Shown piece after piece: positions 63,866 to 64,000 of a DNA stretch of 64,000 nt. Within the stretch, counting starts at the first letter, position 1, and each line of letters opens with the position of its first letter. Source of the DNA: the human T2T-CHM13v2.0 reference genome, Homo sapiens; NCBI RefSeq assembly GCF_009914755.1, contig NC_060926.1; one strand, given 5' to 3'. Made by a program: the position numbers and the translations under genes. Below the pieces are notes generated by a model. It was not told where the DNA came from. It ran no database searches and was given only the letters and a program-made list of their open reading frames with translations.

Positions 63866-64000
63866 TCCTCCCTTTTGCTTCATAGTCATTGCATATGCCA
63901 GGTGTGCTGACTCATAACCATTTGAATGACTAGATTGCCAGGTTCAAGTACAGGGCTAGAAGTTGTGCAGACAGTTCTGGACATTGTTTTCTGTAAGAAG

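Overview
This is AT-rich, CpG-poor primate genomic DNA. Alu and L1 content plus the protein sequence point to human. The window holds the complete protein-coding part of the spliceosomal/EJC-loading factor gene CWC22 on the minus strand. I reconstructed 19 coding exons by hand, from ATG at 56617 to TAA at 8401-8403. They total 2727 nt (908 aa plus stop) with all intron phases consistent, and a poly(A) signal lies at 8163-8168. The promoter and first non-coding exon lie beyond the right edge (no CpG island in the window). About 8 kb at the left is downstream intergenic DNA. The rest is intron filled with Alu, L1, L2/MIR and hAT/Tigger/Mariner fossils. I found no unambiguous new biological system. 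The most interesting observations are: a GC-AG intron, a 27-codon uORF, candidate unannotated exons (a 53-nt poison exon and a 51-nt in-frame cassette), a U1-type site next to the poly(A) signal, a rare 5'-inverted (twin-primed) Alu, a twin-primed L1 with a nested Alu, a very young AluYc1-like insertion, a head-to-head Alu pair near the last acceptor, and an unexplained ~175-bp intronic duplication. Repeat family names come from remembered consensus sequences, not from a database run.
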